Part shown: in pieces, positions 48,457-60,794 of the stretch | Layout of the letters: every line of letters begins with the position of its first letter | Numbering within the stretch: the first letter of the stretch is position 1 | DNA from: Macrostomum lignano | Lineage: Eukaryota | DNA length: 64,000 nucleotides | Direction: 5' to 3' | Assembly (NCBI GenBank): GCA_002269645.1 | Contig: NIVC01002204.1 | Location: forward strand, 124,001-188,000 | The notes under the pieces: generated by a model | What the model was told of the DNA's origin: nothing | The model's database searches: none | What the model saw: only the letters and a program-made list of their open reading frames with translations | Position numbers and translations under genes: made by a program

Positions 48457-48767
48457 GGGGGGCGCTTCATAAGACCTAAATTTCACAACGCCTAAAATCG
48501 AAAATGCAGCCTCCTTCACAACGCCTAAATTTCATATCGCCTAAATTTCACAACACCTAGAACTGAATGTGAAGGAAAGAAGCAAGGATTTTGGTGTTGT
48601 GAAATTTAGGCGTTATGAAATTTAGGTAATGTGAAGGAGGCTGCATTTTTGATTTTTAGGCGTTGATCGAAATTTAGGCGATGTGAGAAGGAGCGTGCAA
48701 ATTTTAGGCGTTGTGAAGTGTAATTAGTTTTAGGCGTTGTGAAATTTAGGTCTTATGAAAGCGTCCC
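48457..48767. mobile_element. MITE-like foldback element with perfect 30-bp inverted repeats and internal subterminal repeats
   Basis: cataagacctaaatttcacaacgcctaaaa (48468-48497) is the exact reverse complement of 48728-48757; GGG...CCC ends; TSD not resolved. Confidence 0.75.
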
Positions 48768-50586
48768 GTTACATGCATGTGCTGCAATTAAAAACGGGAT
48801 TTTCTATCAGGATGCGGGACGTCCATGCCAAGAGGAATTATTACAAAATATCACATTTCTATCTCCATCGTAAATTTTCGACCAGCTACCAGCCAAAAAA
48901 TACAGTTGACAACGTACATGCTTAATCTGTTTTTACGCTAAACTGGATTGGCTGCAGCTGTATCATTATGCCGACTACGCTCTGGCTTAATCACTGTGCG
49001 TGGATGTACATGTACATGTACCGTACATGTATAGCTGTACATACATATATATGCATGTAACTATATGTACATGAGTACATAAATCCAAAATGGCAATTCA
49101 AAGTTGATGTAGCCTTTACAATATTTTTCGTACTTGGTTTCTAAAAAGAAACGGATAAAGTACATAGTATTTAACGAGGCCACGGAAATAGAAAACAAAA
49201 TGATAAATACCAGCACATGCTATTTAGGACTAAGATAATTGGGGAAAATTTAATAATCGAGAAATACTTTGATTCAGAATCTGACTCAAGGAATCAAATC
49301 TTTCGTGAGTACAAGAATAATTTTCTTTTACTTAGTAGAGTTGTTATTTTTAGTTTCGGCGCATTATTTAAGATCGATCGTTTGAAAGCAGTTTTTTAAT
49401 TATTTCTGCTCGTAGTAAAGTCGGTCCGTCCGTGTAGAGTCGAGTATGATCTGCAGGAGTTAGAACTTACCATTTAAGCTCCAGTTTTACACTATTAGAA
49501 TTGTATCCTGCTTTAGTACTGAAAAAATTAAGTGCTGTACGTGTAGGTTGTAGCTGATCAACTAGACAATATTTTTTTATCTGGTACAACTAAATATCAC
49601 TTAACATTTTTATCGGCATCGCACCATACCATGGTCTGCCTCGAACTTGATTTTCACTTTAACTACGCAAACAGCAAGTCTTATGTTATATAGTGTATTT
49701 TTTATGTTAAATATACTCTTTGACTTTGACATGACTGAACCAACTAAAGCAATCTTGGACCTTTTATTTAGGCCTAGTGCACACGCCACCACTGCCACTC
49801 ACTAGTGTATACTTATTTCTGAGCTATATATTAAGCTATATGCAACTAGTTAGGGGGGTCTACAATATCTATAAGCAGGCTACATAATATTTGTTATATG
49901 TTAATGCTTTTAAGTTTTAATTGGGTAAAAAAGAATTGTTTTGGCATAGACATCCTGAAATTCTAAAAATAATTGTTAAATTTATGCACCAAGCTTAGAA
50001 AAAAGGAAGCATTAATGTGGAACATATTTATTCAGCCTAAAGTTTAGCTTAGGCCCTAGGTTTTGTTGCTAATTGAGTCTTAAGTTATTTTAATTTGTTT
50101 CTTTTAGTCAATATATACTAGAAGTGTCTAGTGATACCCATATTGTGATAGAAAAAAGCTAGGCCCTAAATAAGAGTATTAATTGCTTTTTTGTATCTAG
50201 AGTAGCTTTACTTCATAAAAATTAGTTTTGTAAATGCTAGGCCTATAATAGACCCTGAAATTTGTGTTTTCTCAATTTTTAAGCTATAGACTGAAATTTT
50301 GCTATGAATTAATTGAATGTTTTTATTTAATTACTAAAAAGTTGGTTATAACATTAATTTAAATTTTCCTCCTTTCAAATATTTACATTATTTATATCTA
50401 ATATACTTGATTAATATCCTTTTAAACTTCATAAAGAAATACATTACACAATATAAAGTCATTGGTATATCATTAGTCACTAAGCTTATGTGAATAAATT
50501 ATTTTTATCATATTACTGTCTAGAATTTTCATTAGCTAATTGGCAGTTCATTTTATGCTTTCTTTTCATGCTCAATAGACAGGAAA

Positions 50587-50684
50587 ATGCAAAACTTTGA
50601 AGCTACCAAGTGTCCATCCGATGAGCTGTCTCTGACTAATAAAATTTTTTTCAACCCAAATGATGTACGAAGCCTAAAGAATCA
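50587..50684 (+). CDS. NSF: NSF exon 1 (N domain)
   Basis: [34 protein letters not shown]|gtgagt; a tiny upstream coding exon cannot be excluded because an acceptor lies 4 nt before the ATG. Confidence 0.87.
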
Positions 50685-53600
50685 GTGAGTTATTTTCAAA
50701 GTTATTTTGAAGTATGTAACTGATTTCTGGAACTAATTAACTTTTTTACTTAGCATGTAAGAAATGTCTACGTGGACAATACTATTTATAAAAAACTACA
50801 ATTAAGCTACTATCAGAGTTGGAAATCATATGAGTGGATCTTTGGAATAGTCTCAAAGTCTTGGGTTTGAATATTTCTAAGAGGTTGAAAGCCACGAAGT
50901 TGGAAACATCAGGTGAGATAATCTCTCATCGCTCAAAACACGTGTATCATGGTTAAAAGTTTGAGAGATGTAAATCTCATAGTCGGAAAACTTATGGTTT
51001 GAACTTTTGGTTATGAATTTCTTAAAGACAGAAATCTCAGTGGTTAGAACTCTGTGGTGGAAATCTCAACGGCTGGAAATCTTAGTGGTGGAAATCTCAA
51101 CGGCTAGAAATCTCAATGGTGGAATTCTCAACGTCTGGAAATCTTAGTGGTGGAAATCTCAACGGCTAGAAATCTCAATGGTGGAAATCTCAACGGCTAG
51201 AAATCTCAGTCGTGGAAATCTCAACGGCTAGAAATCTCAATGGTGAAAATCTCAACGGCTAGAAATCTCAACGACTAGAAATCTCAATGGTGGAAATCTC
51301 AACGGCTAGAAATCTCAATGGTGGAAATCTCAACGTCTGGAAATCTTAGTGGTGGAAATCTCAACGACTAGAAATCTCAATGGTGGAAATCTCAGGTTTT
51401 AAACTAGTCTTTTAAATCTTAGGCTTTTGAAATATTAGCTTAGGAGACGCCCTAATAAGTAAAATAATAACTCAATAGTAATAAAGTAGAACCTCAGCTT
51501 TGTTTCTATACGCGTATAAAAGCTCTCAAAGCAGATCCACACAATGCCCAACTCATCTGGGACCCCCCCTGACAGGTTCATCAAAATCCACAGCGGCTCC
51601 GGCTCCTATGCATTCCTACTGGACTCCAATCCGAGCATTCCAACTGGCAAGGCCGGCTTCAGTCTCGTGCAGGTTTGTCGCCTATTTTTATCTTTAACAG
51701 AAGCCTTCTTTATGGCCTTCTTAACATAAGTAATCAAACGAATTGACCGATGCACTCTTAGTACCCAGGAAATTTTTTGTCGCTTAATCTCAACCGTGCT
51801 CTTGACTGTGAAAATTTGATTACTTGCTTGCTTGATTGATTTCTTCCAGCCCTCGATTTTATTATAAACCCTTAATAGTTGATTGAATAATTTCCGCCTG
51901 TAGGAGTTATAAAGTGTATTTATTAATCAAACTTGCATAAGTACTTTTAGAAGTGAAATTAGATTGACTGTTTAATTTTACATCAATATTATATTTATAG
52001 TGGACAAAGATACTTTGGAGCTCTCCTGACTCTTTTCTCGGCGCCCTCTGACTCTTCTTTGCGCCCTCCTGACTCTCTTCCTGACGCTTTCCTGACTCTC
52101 TTCCTGGCGCTTTCCTGACTCTCTTCCTGGCGCTTTCCTGACTCTCTTCTTGGCGCTTTTCTGAATCTCTTCTTTGCGCCCTCCTGACTCTCTTCCTGGC
52201 GCTTTCCTGACTCTCTTCTTTGCGCCCTCCTGACTCTCTTTCGGCGCCCTCCTGACTCTCTTTCTGGCGCCCTCCTGACTCTCTTCCTGGCGCCCTCCTG
52301 ACGCTTTTCTCGGCGCCCTCCTGACTCTTTTCTCGGAGCTTTCTTGACTCTCTTCTTGACGTTTTCATGACACTCTTCTTGGCACTTTCCTGATTCTTTT
52401 CTTGGCGCCTTTCTGACTCTCTTCGTGGCGCTTTTTTGAGTCTCTTCTTTGCGCCCTCCTGACTCTCTTCCTGGCGCCCTCCTGACGCTGTTCTTGGCGC
52501 TCTTCTGACTCTTCTGGCGTTCTCTAACGCTCTCTTTTGCGCCCTTAGAAATTAAATAGCACTTAAAGTAGTCGAGTTTCATTTATACTGCTAGTCTAAA
52601 CTAAAGCCAATAAACCTGAAAATAACCGGTTACATGGGTTTAGGATTAGTGTGAATTCTGCTCACAAGCTTGCAAGTATGTTTAACTTTCACAAGTATTT
52701 TTAACGGCAGAAGTTTTTCAGTTTTATCCTACTCATGTATTCCTTTAGTCTCTCTCTGTGTCTCTCCCCTCACTCAGTTCCCTTACTCAAGGGTACACTG
52801 GATAAGAATGAAATTGGAGACTAGTAGAGGTACTCAAATAAAATCCTCTGCCCCTTGCTCGCCCCAATTGAACTTCTTCCCCATAATAAAAAAGAGAGTG
52901 TACACAAGATAACTCCCGTTCATTCTTCCTCTTCTCTGCTCCCAACGGTGGATGCCCTCCTTGTACCCGACACAATATCGATCGGATTCAGCAAACAATA
53001 CCCACAAGCATCAACGCATGGGTTTAGGGAAGAAAAGTGTACGTTCACATCCCAATAGAGAGGATAGGATTAGAGTGAAAGATGCTAAAGCCTTCTGTAC
53101 TCCTATATATATAGAGGACTAATTCTGGAAGTGTTGATGCAGCACCGGCATAAAACTCGTGCGGTTGCACTGTAATATAAAGACAACAAGAGATCGTCAA
53201 TCATGAGTTCTGCGGTTGCACTGTAATATAAAGACAACAAGAGATCGTCAATCATGAGTTCTGCGGTTGCACTGTAATATAAAGACAACAAGAGATCGTC
53301 AATCATGAGTTCTGCGGTTGCACTGTAATATAAAGACAACAAGAGATCGTCAATCATGAGTTCTGCGGTTGCACTGTAATATAAAGACAACAAGAGATCG
53401 TCAATCATGAGTTCTGCGGTTGCACTGTAATATAAAGACAACAAGAGATCGTCAATCATGAGTTCTGCGGTTGCACTGTAATATAAAGACAACAAGAGAT
53501 CGTCAATCATGAGTTCTGCGGTTGCACTGTAATATAAAGACAACAAGAGATCGTCAATCATGAGTTCTGCGGTTGCACTGTAATATAAAGACAACAAGAG

Positions 53601-54451
53601 ATCGTCAATCATGAGTTCTGCGGTTGCACTGTAATATAAAGACAACAAGAGATCGTCAATCATGAGTTCTGCGGTTGCACTGTAATATAAAGACAACAAG
53701 AGATCGTCAATCATGAGTTCATCTCGACCATCGTCAACTGGAAAGCCGAGCGATCGACTAAACGCACAAACTGTGCCAGCCTTCGGTCCCAGAGGCCGGC
53801 TAACAACATTTCAAGCTGCTTATGAGACCGGCCTAGTGCCCTGCCGGCTGCAGCACGGCTCCGTGCGGCATCGGTTGTCATGGCAACAGCCCATAGACAG
53901 TCTAGACTTGGATCCCCTAGTTGTGTACATGGCCCAGGGCCTATTAGAAACCAAGCATCCGTATTGTTTCTTAAGCCAGCAAGGTCTGCAGGAGCTTCTG
54001 ACAGCTCGGCAAGCTGCGATTCAACTGCCGTCGCTGTTGCCACGTCTGGTGCCTCATCTGAAAGCGGCTCTGGCCGCGCCAGCTAAGCAGCATCCAAACG
54101 CGTTCGAAGCCGCTTTAAAATGCTGCACTCTGATCAGCGCCGCTGTAGGGCCTCAGTTGAATTCTCACCTGTCTTCTCTGCTGCCAAGCATGGCCAGACT
54201 GATGGTGAACGGGTCGCAGTCTAGCAGAGAGGCAATCGTGACAGCCCTGCAACAGTTCGAGACCAACGGAGCGCCGGAGGCTCTGGCAATTATTAAGTCA
54301 AGGATACCGACGTACACGGCTGCCATTTGATCTGGACTAATTTGTTTTGAAAATCAGTTTTCTTTCTCAGTTTTGAAGAGATGTTTTACTCAGTTTACGA
54401 TTCAGTTCTGTATGGTTATGAAGCCCCTGTCGCCCTCTCCTTCTCTCTCTG

Positions 54452-54482
<31 letters not shown>

Positions 54483-54567
54483 CCCTATCTCTCTCTCCCT
54501 CTTTCTCTCTCTCCCCTCTCTCTCTCTCTCTCTCTCTCTCCCTCCCTCTCTCTCTCCCTCTCTCTCT

Positions 54568-54636
<69 letters not shown>

Positions 54637-54818
54637 ATCTCTCTCCCTCTTTCTCCCTCTCTCTCTCTCTCTCCCTATCTCTCTCTCCCTCTCTCCCTCT
54701 TTCTCCCTCTCTCTCTCTCTCCCTCTCTCTCTCCCTCTCTCTCTCCCTCTCTCTCTCTCTCCCTATCTCTCTCTCCCTCTCTCTCTCTCCCTCCTCTCTC
54801 TCTCCCTCTCTCTCTCCC

Positions 54819-54891
<73 letters not shown>

Positions 54892-57800
54892 ATCTCTCTC
54901 CCTCTTTCTCCCTCTCTCTCTCTCTCTCCCTATCTCTCTCTCCCTCTCTCTCTCCCTCTTTCTCCCTCTCTCTCTCCCTCTCTCTCTCTCTCTCCCTCTC
55001 TTCCTCTCTCTCTCTCCCCTCTCTCACTCTCTCTCTCTCTCCCTCTCTCTCTCCCTCTTTCTCCCTCTCTCTCTCCCTATCTCTCTCTCTCCCTCTCTCT
55101 CTCTCTCCCTCTTTCTCCCCCTCTCTCTCTCCCTCCCTCTCTCTCTCTCCCTTTCTCCCTCCCTCTCTCTCTTTCTCTCTTCCTCTCTCCCTCTCTCTCT
55201 CTCCCCCCTCTCTCTCTCTCCCTATCTCTCTCTCCCTCTTTCTCCCTCTCTCTCTCTCTCCCTATCTCTCTCTCCCTCTCTCTCTCCCTCTCTCTCTCTC
55301 TCCCTCTCTCTCCCTCCCTCTCTCTCTCCCTCTCTCTCTCCCTCCCTCTCTCTCTCCCCTCTCTCCCTCTCTCTCTCTCCCCTCTCTCCCTCTCTCTCTC
55401 TCCCTCTCTCTCTCCCTCTCTCTCTCTCCCTCTCTCTCTCCCTCTCTCTGTATCCCTCTCCTCTCCCTCTCTCTCTCTTATCTCTCACTTTCAATTTAGG
55501 CATATTATGATATCCATCCCTAGCTGCTTGTGTTTTTGTTCCTCTGTTCCTCTTTTCTTGGCAACTCTTAGTCTTTCCATTCATTTTCTAGCGGGTTGTT
55601 CGACTTAAAATATAAAGTTTAATATAGATTTCTTTCAGTGAGACAAACTATTTTAGTCAACAATATTGAAACGAATACAGCAATGCAATGCTGTGCGCAC
55701 TAAAAAATATGAAACTACGAATACTCTTCAGTGATTTTAGCACCCCTTTGCTGTTGCGTCCGCTTTTTGAAGGCTCCAAAGAATCTATCAAGTGGCTGAA
55801 AAATCAGTTAGGCAAGAAAATGTTTATGTTCATGGCGTAACTTGAGCCTTAAGTTTCTATAAGAGAACAATATCCTCTTTTAGTGATGCTTGAATAATAA
55901 GTTGCCATTCTAAGCCGCAGAGAATTTGTAATATTACTACAAAAGATTTACATTGAAATATATTGTTCTAAGATTACTTAAGCTGAAATATTTTTATCAA
56001 TCCTATGTATATCAAAAACCAATTTTTCACCAATGGTTTGTGCGACGAAGTTCACAGAAAATAAAAAATCCAAAGTAAAATAATTAGAATAGCTCTTACA
56101 TGTAAATAAGTATAGTCAACTACAGGGAAATATGCTTGCACTTTGCTCAGCTTAACTGGCAAAGTAAAACAAAAGTTAAAATAGACGGAAAAAGTACATT
56201 TGACAAAGCATTCTACAAGCGAGCAAATAAATAAGAAGTTTTAAACGAAAATTTTAATTTCATCTTAAATAAGCACAGAAATAATCATTGGGCTCAGGTC
56301 AGCACTTCAATCGATGCAATTTAAATAAGTTTTATTTGATTCAAGCTAAAAAAGTAAAAAGTAATGTAATTCACATTTTAAACAAATTTCAGAGCTAATA
56401 ATGGTTTTTAGAAAGTCACACTACATGATTTATTTATCGATAAGCTCAAGTTCAATGAAGTAATTCACCAGTCTCTAAATTATATTTCCCGTAACACGTA
56501 AATATTATTACATAAACGACACAACTTTGTTATAATCGATTTTAAAAAAAAAATTCAAATTTTAGCGCCGCTGGGCCAACGTGAGCATTGGGCAGCCTGT
56601 CAGCGTGGAGTTCAACTGTTCGTTCGATCCGCGCACAACCTGCATCGCCACGGTGACTCTAGAAGCTGACTTTCTGCTGAAGAAGAGGTACGGAGAGTCC
56701 TGGAATTAAAACTAAAGGGCCTTCTTTTTCGCTTGGATTTAGAAGACTGAGGGGATACCAGGATAGAGAGATAGATAGAAATAGTAGGAAATCATCGCCA
56801 GGGTTGCCCGTAGTCCTCCGGCGAAAATTTATTTATATATACTGGTATAACAGTGCATAATAAACAATCTCATACGCTAGGGGTTCGAAAATTGAATGAA
56901 AATTTATTAGGATCAGAGAGCTTGATTTAATTAACTCAAAGGAGAGACTTTTGATTCGCTCCACCTATTGAAACTCAATGTTGTGCAATAGCCCTCAGTT
57001 GCGTGTATAGAAAAGCTACTGTATATCAGTATAAACGCATCTAATGCCATTTAACTACTAGTGAAATCCTTAATGGATCTCTGATCTTGCTTCGATTAAA
57101 GTACATACCCGTACTTCTGGAACTTGACTTGACTTTCTCGATTCGTCTCGTCTCTTCTGTCCTCTTGGCTATTTTCCTCTTCATAGCTCTGGGGAGAGTC
57201 TGTCGGGCATGAAGTTGAGCACGGAGTTAGCTAAAGAGTCTGGTAAATTAGTTTTCATTATGCAGATTCAGGCTTGTTGTTCGCGCAGGCCGTGTGTGTG
57301 TGTTGTGTTGTACTTTTAAAGACCGGCTGTAGCTCTCAGCTAATTTATTTCTTTTTACAAGCAGTGGAAACGAAGGCAACTCGCTCGGGTGTTCTGCTCC
57401 ATTTCTTGGATATTCAGAGGACGTGAAGATGTGTCTTTACTTTGATTTATTACTAATACCCTACAAGCCTTAGTTTTCTAGTTTGTTTAATCTGCATTGA
57501 CCTTGATATTAGCTATGTTTATACAGACTCTAGTGACACAATGTCCTTATTTAACGACTTAATCATTTATCTGGTCGAATGCTCAAACAATTCATTTATT
57601 GGATTATAGTTTGTACTGGTTACTGGACTATGCGATAGTTAATCGTTTCACGTTTTTGACCGCTGTGTCGATTTTTTTGCTTCACTTTTCCAGGACAGGA
57701 ATTTAAGGAATTTATTCTCTGATTGGCTATATGGTTTATAGCTATTCTCTGATTGGTTCCGGGGTTTGTAGCTGAGATTCTCGGGTTTGTAGCTTGAGAT

Positions 57801-59966
57801 TCTCTGATTGGCTACGGGGTTTGTAGCTTGAGATTCTCTGATTGGCTACGGGGTTTGTAGCTTGAGATTCTCTGATTGGCTACGGGGTTTGTAGCTTGAG
57901 GTTCTCTGATTGGCTACGGGGTTTATAGCTTGAGATTCTCTGATTGGCTACGGGGTTTGTAGCCTGAGATTCTCTGATCGGCTACGGGGTTTATAGCCTG
58001 AGATTCTCTGATTGGTTACGGGGTTTGTAGCTTGAGTTTCTCTGATTGGCTACGGGGTTTGTAGCCTGAGATTCTCTGATTGGCTACGGGGTTTGTAGCT
58101 TGGGATTCTCTGATTGGCTACGGGGTTTGTAGCCTGAGATTTTCTGATTGTCTACGGGGTTTATAGCTTGAGATTCTCTGATTGGTTCCGGGGTTTGTAG
58201 ACTGAGATTCTCTGATTGGCTACGGGGTTTGTAGCTTGAGATTCTCTGATTGGCTACGGGGTTTGTAGCCTGAGATTTTCTGATTGCCTACGGGGTTTAT
58301 AGCTTGAGATTCTCTGATTGGTTCCGAGGTTTGTAGCCTGAGATTCTCTGATTGGCTACGGGGTTTGTAGCTTGAGATTCTCTGATTGGCTACGGGGTTT
58401 GTAGCTTAAGATTCTCTGATTGGTTCCGGTGTTTGTAGCCTGAGATTCTCTGATTGGCTACGGGGTTTGTAGCTTGAGATTCTCTGATTGGCTAAGGGTT
58501 TATGGCCTGCTATTCTAAAAAATTACGAACAGAAAGCTACAAGATTTTATATAAAGTCTTAGCAGTATTTACTAGTATTTATCGTACCTAAGCCAAAGTG
58601 AAAATATTATATCCCACTGTTTACTCCTCCCCTCTCACTTTCCCAGCACCACAACGGACCCCTACAATTCGGACGAGATGCTAATCGAATTCACGCAATG
58701 CTTCCCCCAAATGCCGCTAACAGTTGGCCAAGAGATTGTCTTCAAATTCAAAGACAAAAAGCACCTTCTGCTTCGCGTGAAAGAAATGGAAACTCTGCAG
58801 CCGCGTGGCGACGTTGTTGCCGCCCAGTTTGGCGTCATCTCCGGCAACACGATCGCTACGTTCGAGAAGCTGCCGGACTCCCCGCTGGTCCTCACCGGCA
58901 AGGCCAAGGCCAAGCAGCCCTATCAGTCCATTATTAATCCCGACTGGAACTTCAGCATGATGGGCATCGGCGGCCTAGACAGAGAGTTTAGCGACATTTT
59001 CCGACGCACGTTCGCTTCTAGGATATTCCCGCCCGATCTTGTCGAACAGCTGGGCATGTGCCACGTGCGCGGCCTGCTGCTGTACGGGCCGCCGGGCACC
59101 GGCAAGACCCTCATGGCCCGCCAGATCGGCAAGATGCTGAACGCTCGCGAGCCAAAAATTGTCAACGGACCGTCCATTCTGGACAAGTACGTTGGCGAGA
59201 GCGAAGCGAAAATCCGGCAGCTGTTCGCCGATGCGGAGGAGGAGTTCAAGCGGGTCGGCAACAACTCCGCTTTGCATATCATCATCTTTGATGAGATTGA
59301 CGCGATTTGCAAGGCTAGAGGGTCTGTTGGCGGCGGGACTCAGGTAAGAATTAAGTTTGCTAAAATGAATTGGGTGTCTTTGACACTGAATTTGGGTGTG
59401 CCTGACACTGAATTAGCCGTCCCTGACACTGAATTAGGTGTCCCTGACACTGAATTTAGCCGTCTCTGGCACTGAATTTGGTGTCCTATGCACCCGTTGC
59501 TCCCTCAGTCTCGAGTGGACCATGCAGTTTAGCCGGCTTAACAGCGGCTCCATTTCTCTGCTTCCGTCTCCATACTTGCCTGTCCCAGATTGAGCACATA
59601 TTTGCTGAAGCTCATGAATTCTCAGCTGTCTCCGTATTCCAGCCTCATCATTCTCTTTTAAAAGCACTAACTGCACTGTATAGTAGGGATATAGGGATGG
59701 ACTGAAAGGTTCTCCGTGGGATAATGATGTCTATCAGTTCCTAACTGCAGATTGGGATCTCTTGGGAAAATGAGAAAATCTGAATAATTTACTATAGGCT
59801 GGGGTATTTTTTGCCCATGTAGGGATTTGGGGGTTGGCTGGCATCTAATGCACAAATTCGATGCACTGTCTGAATTCAGCCAGTTCTGAATTGTAGATTA
59901 GCCACTATGCTCGTAGTGTAGAGACGCTGTCACGGTTAATTCAGACTCTTGCCAGTCAGTCAGTCA

Positions 59967-60006
<40 letters not shown>

Positions 60007-60025
60007 GCCTGTCTGTCTGCCTGCC

Positions 60026-60118
<93 letters not shown>

Positions 60119-60189
60119 GCCTGCCTGTCTGTCTGTCTGTCTGTCTTAGTGTCTGTCTGTCTGTCTGTCTGTCTGCCTGTCTGTCTGCC

Positions 60190-60222
<33 letters not shown>

Positions 60223-60225
60223 TAG

Positions 60226-60290
<65 letters not shown>

Positions 60291-60293
60291 TAG

Positions 60294-60346
<53 letters not shown>

Positions 60347-60361
60347 GCCTGTCTGTCTGCC

Positions 60362-60394
<33 letters not shown>

Positions 60395-60445
60395 TAGTGT
60401 CTGTCTGTCTGTCTTAGTGTCTGTCTGTCTGCCTGTCTGTCTGCC

Positions 60446-60478
<33 letters not shown>

Positions 60479-60501
60479 TAGTGTCTGTCTGTCTGTCTTA
60501 G

Positions 60502-60590
<89 letters not shown>

Positions 60591-60605
60591 GCCTGTCTGT
60601 CTGCC

Positions 60606-60646
<41 letters not shown>

Positions 60647-60649
60647 TAG

Positions 60650-60720
<71 letters not shown>

Positions 60721-60731
60721 CTTTCTTGATT

Positions 60732-60794
<63 letters not shown>

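Noticed and set aside
51907-52582. Basic R/K/E-rich ORFs resembling protamine-like or SR proteins
   Set aside because: Diverged 23-bp minisatellite whose period is not a multiple of 3, open in two frames.
53103-53714. 203-aa [17 protein letters not shown] repeat protein on the minus strand
   Set aside because: Antisense read of the 51-bp array with no synonymous variation between units.
53711-54043. Antisense ORF overlapping PACRGL
   Set aside because: Shadow ORF of a GC-rich coding strand with no recognisable motif.
54373-55608. LS- and ER-repeat ORFs
   Set aside because: (CT)n tract.
59434-59676. 80-aa minus-strand ORF in NSF intron 4
   Set aside because: No recognisable domain and no partner exons; partly overlaps a 21-bp repeat.
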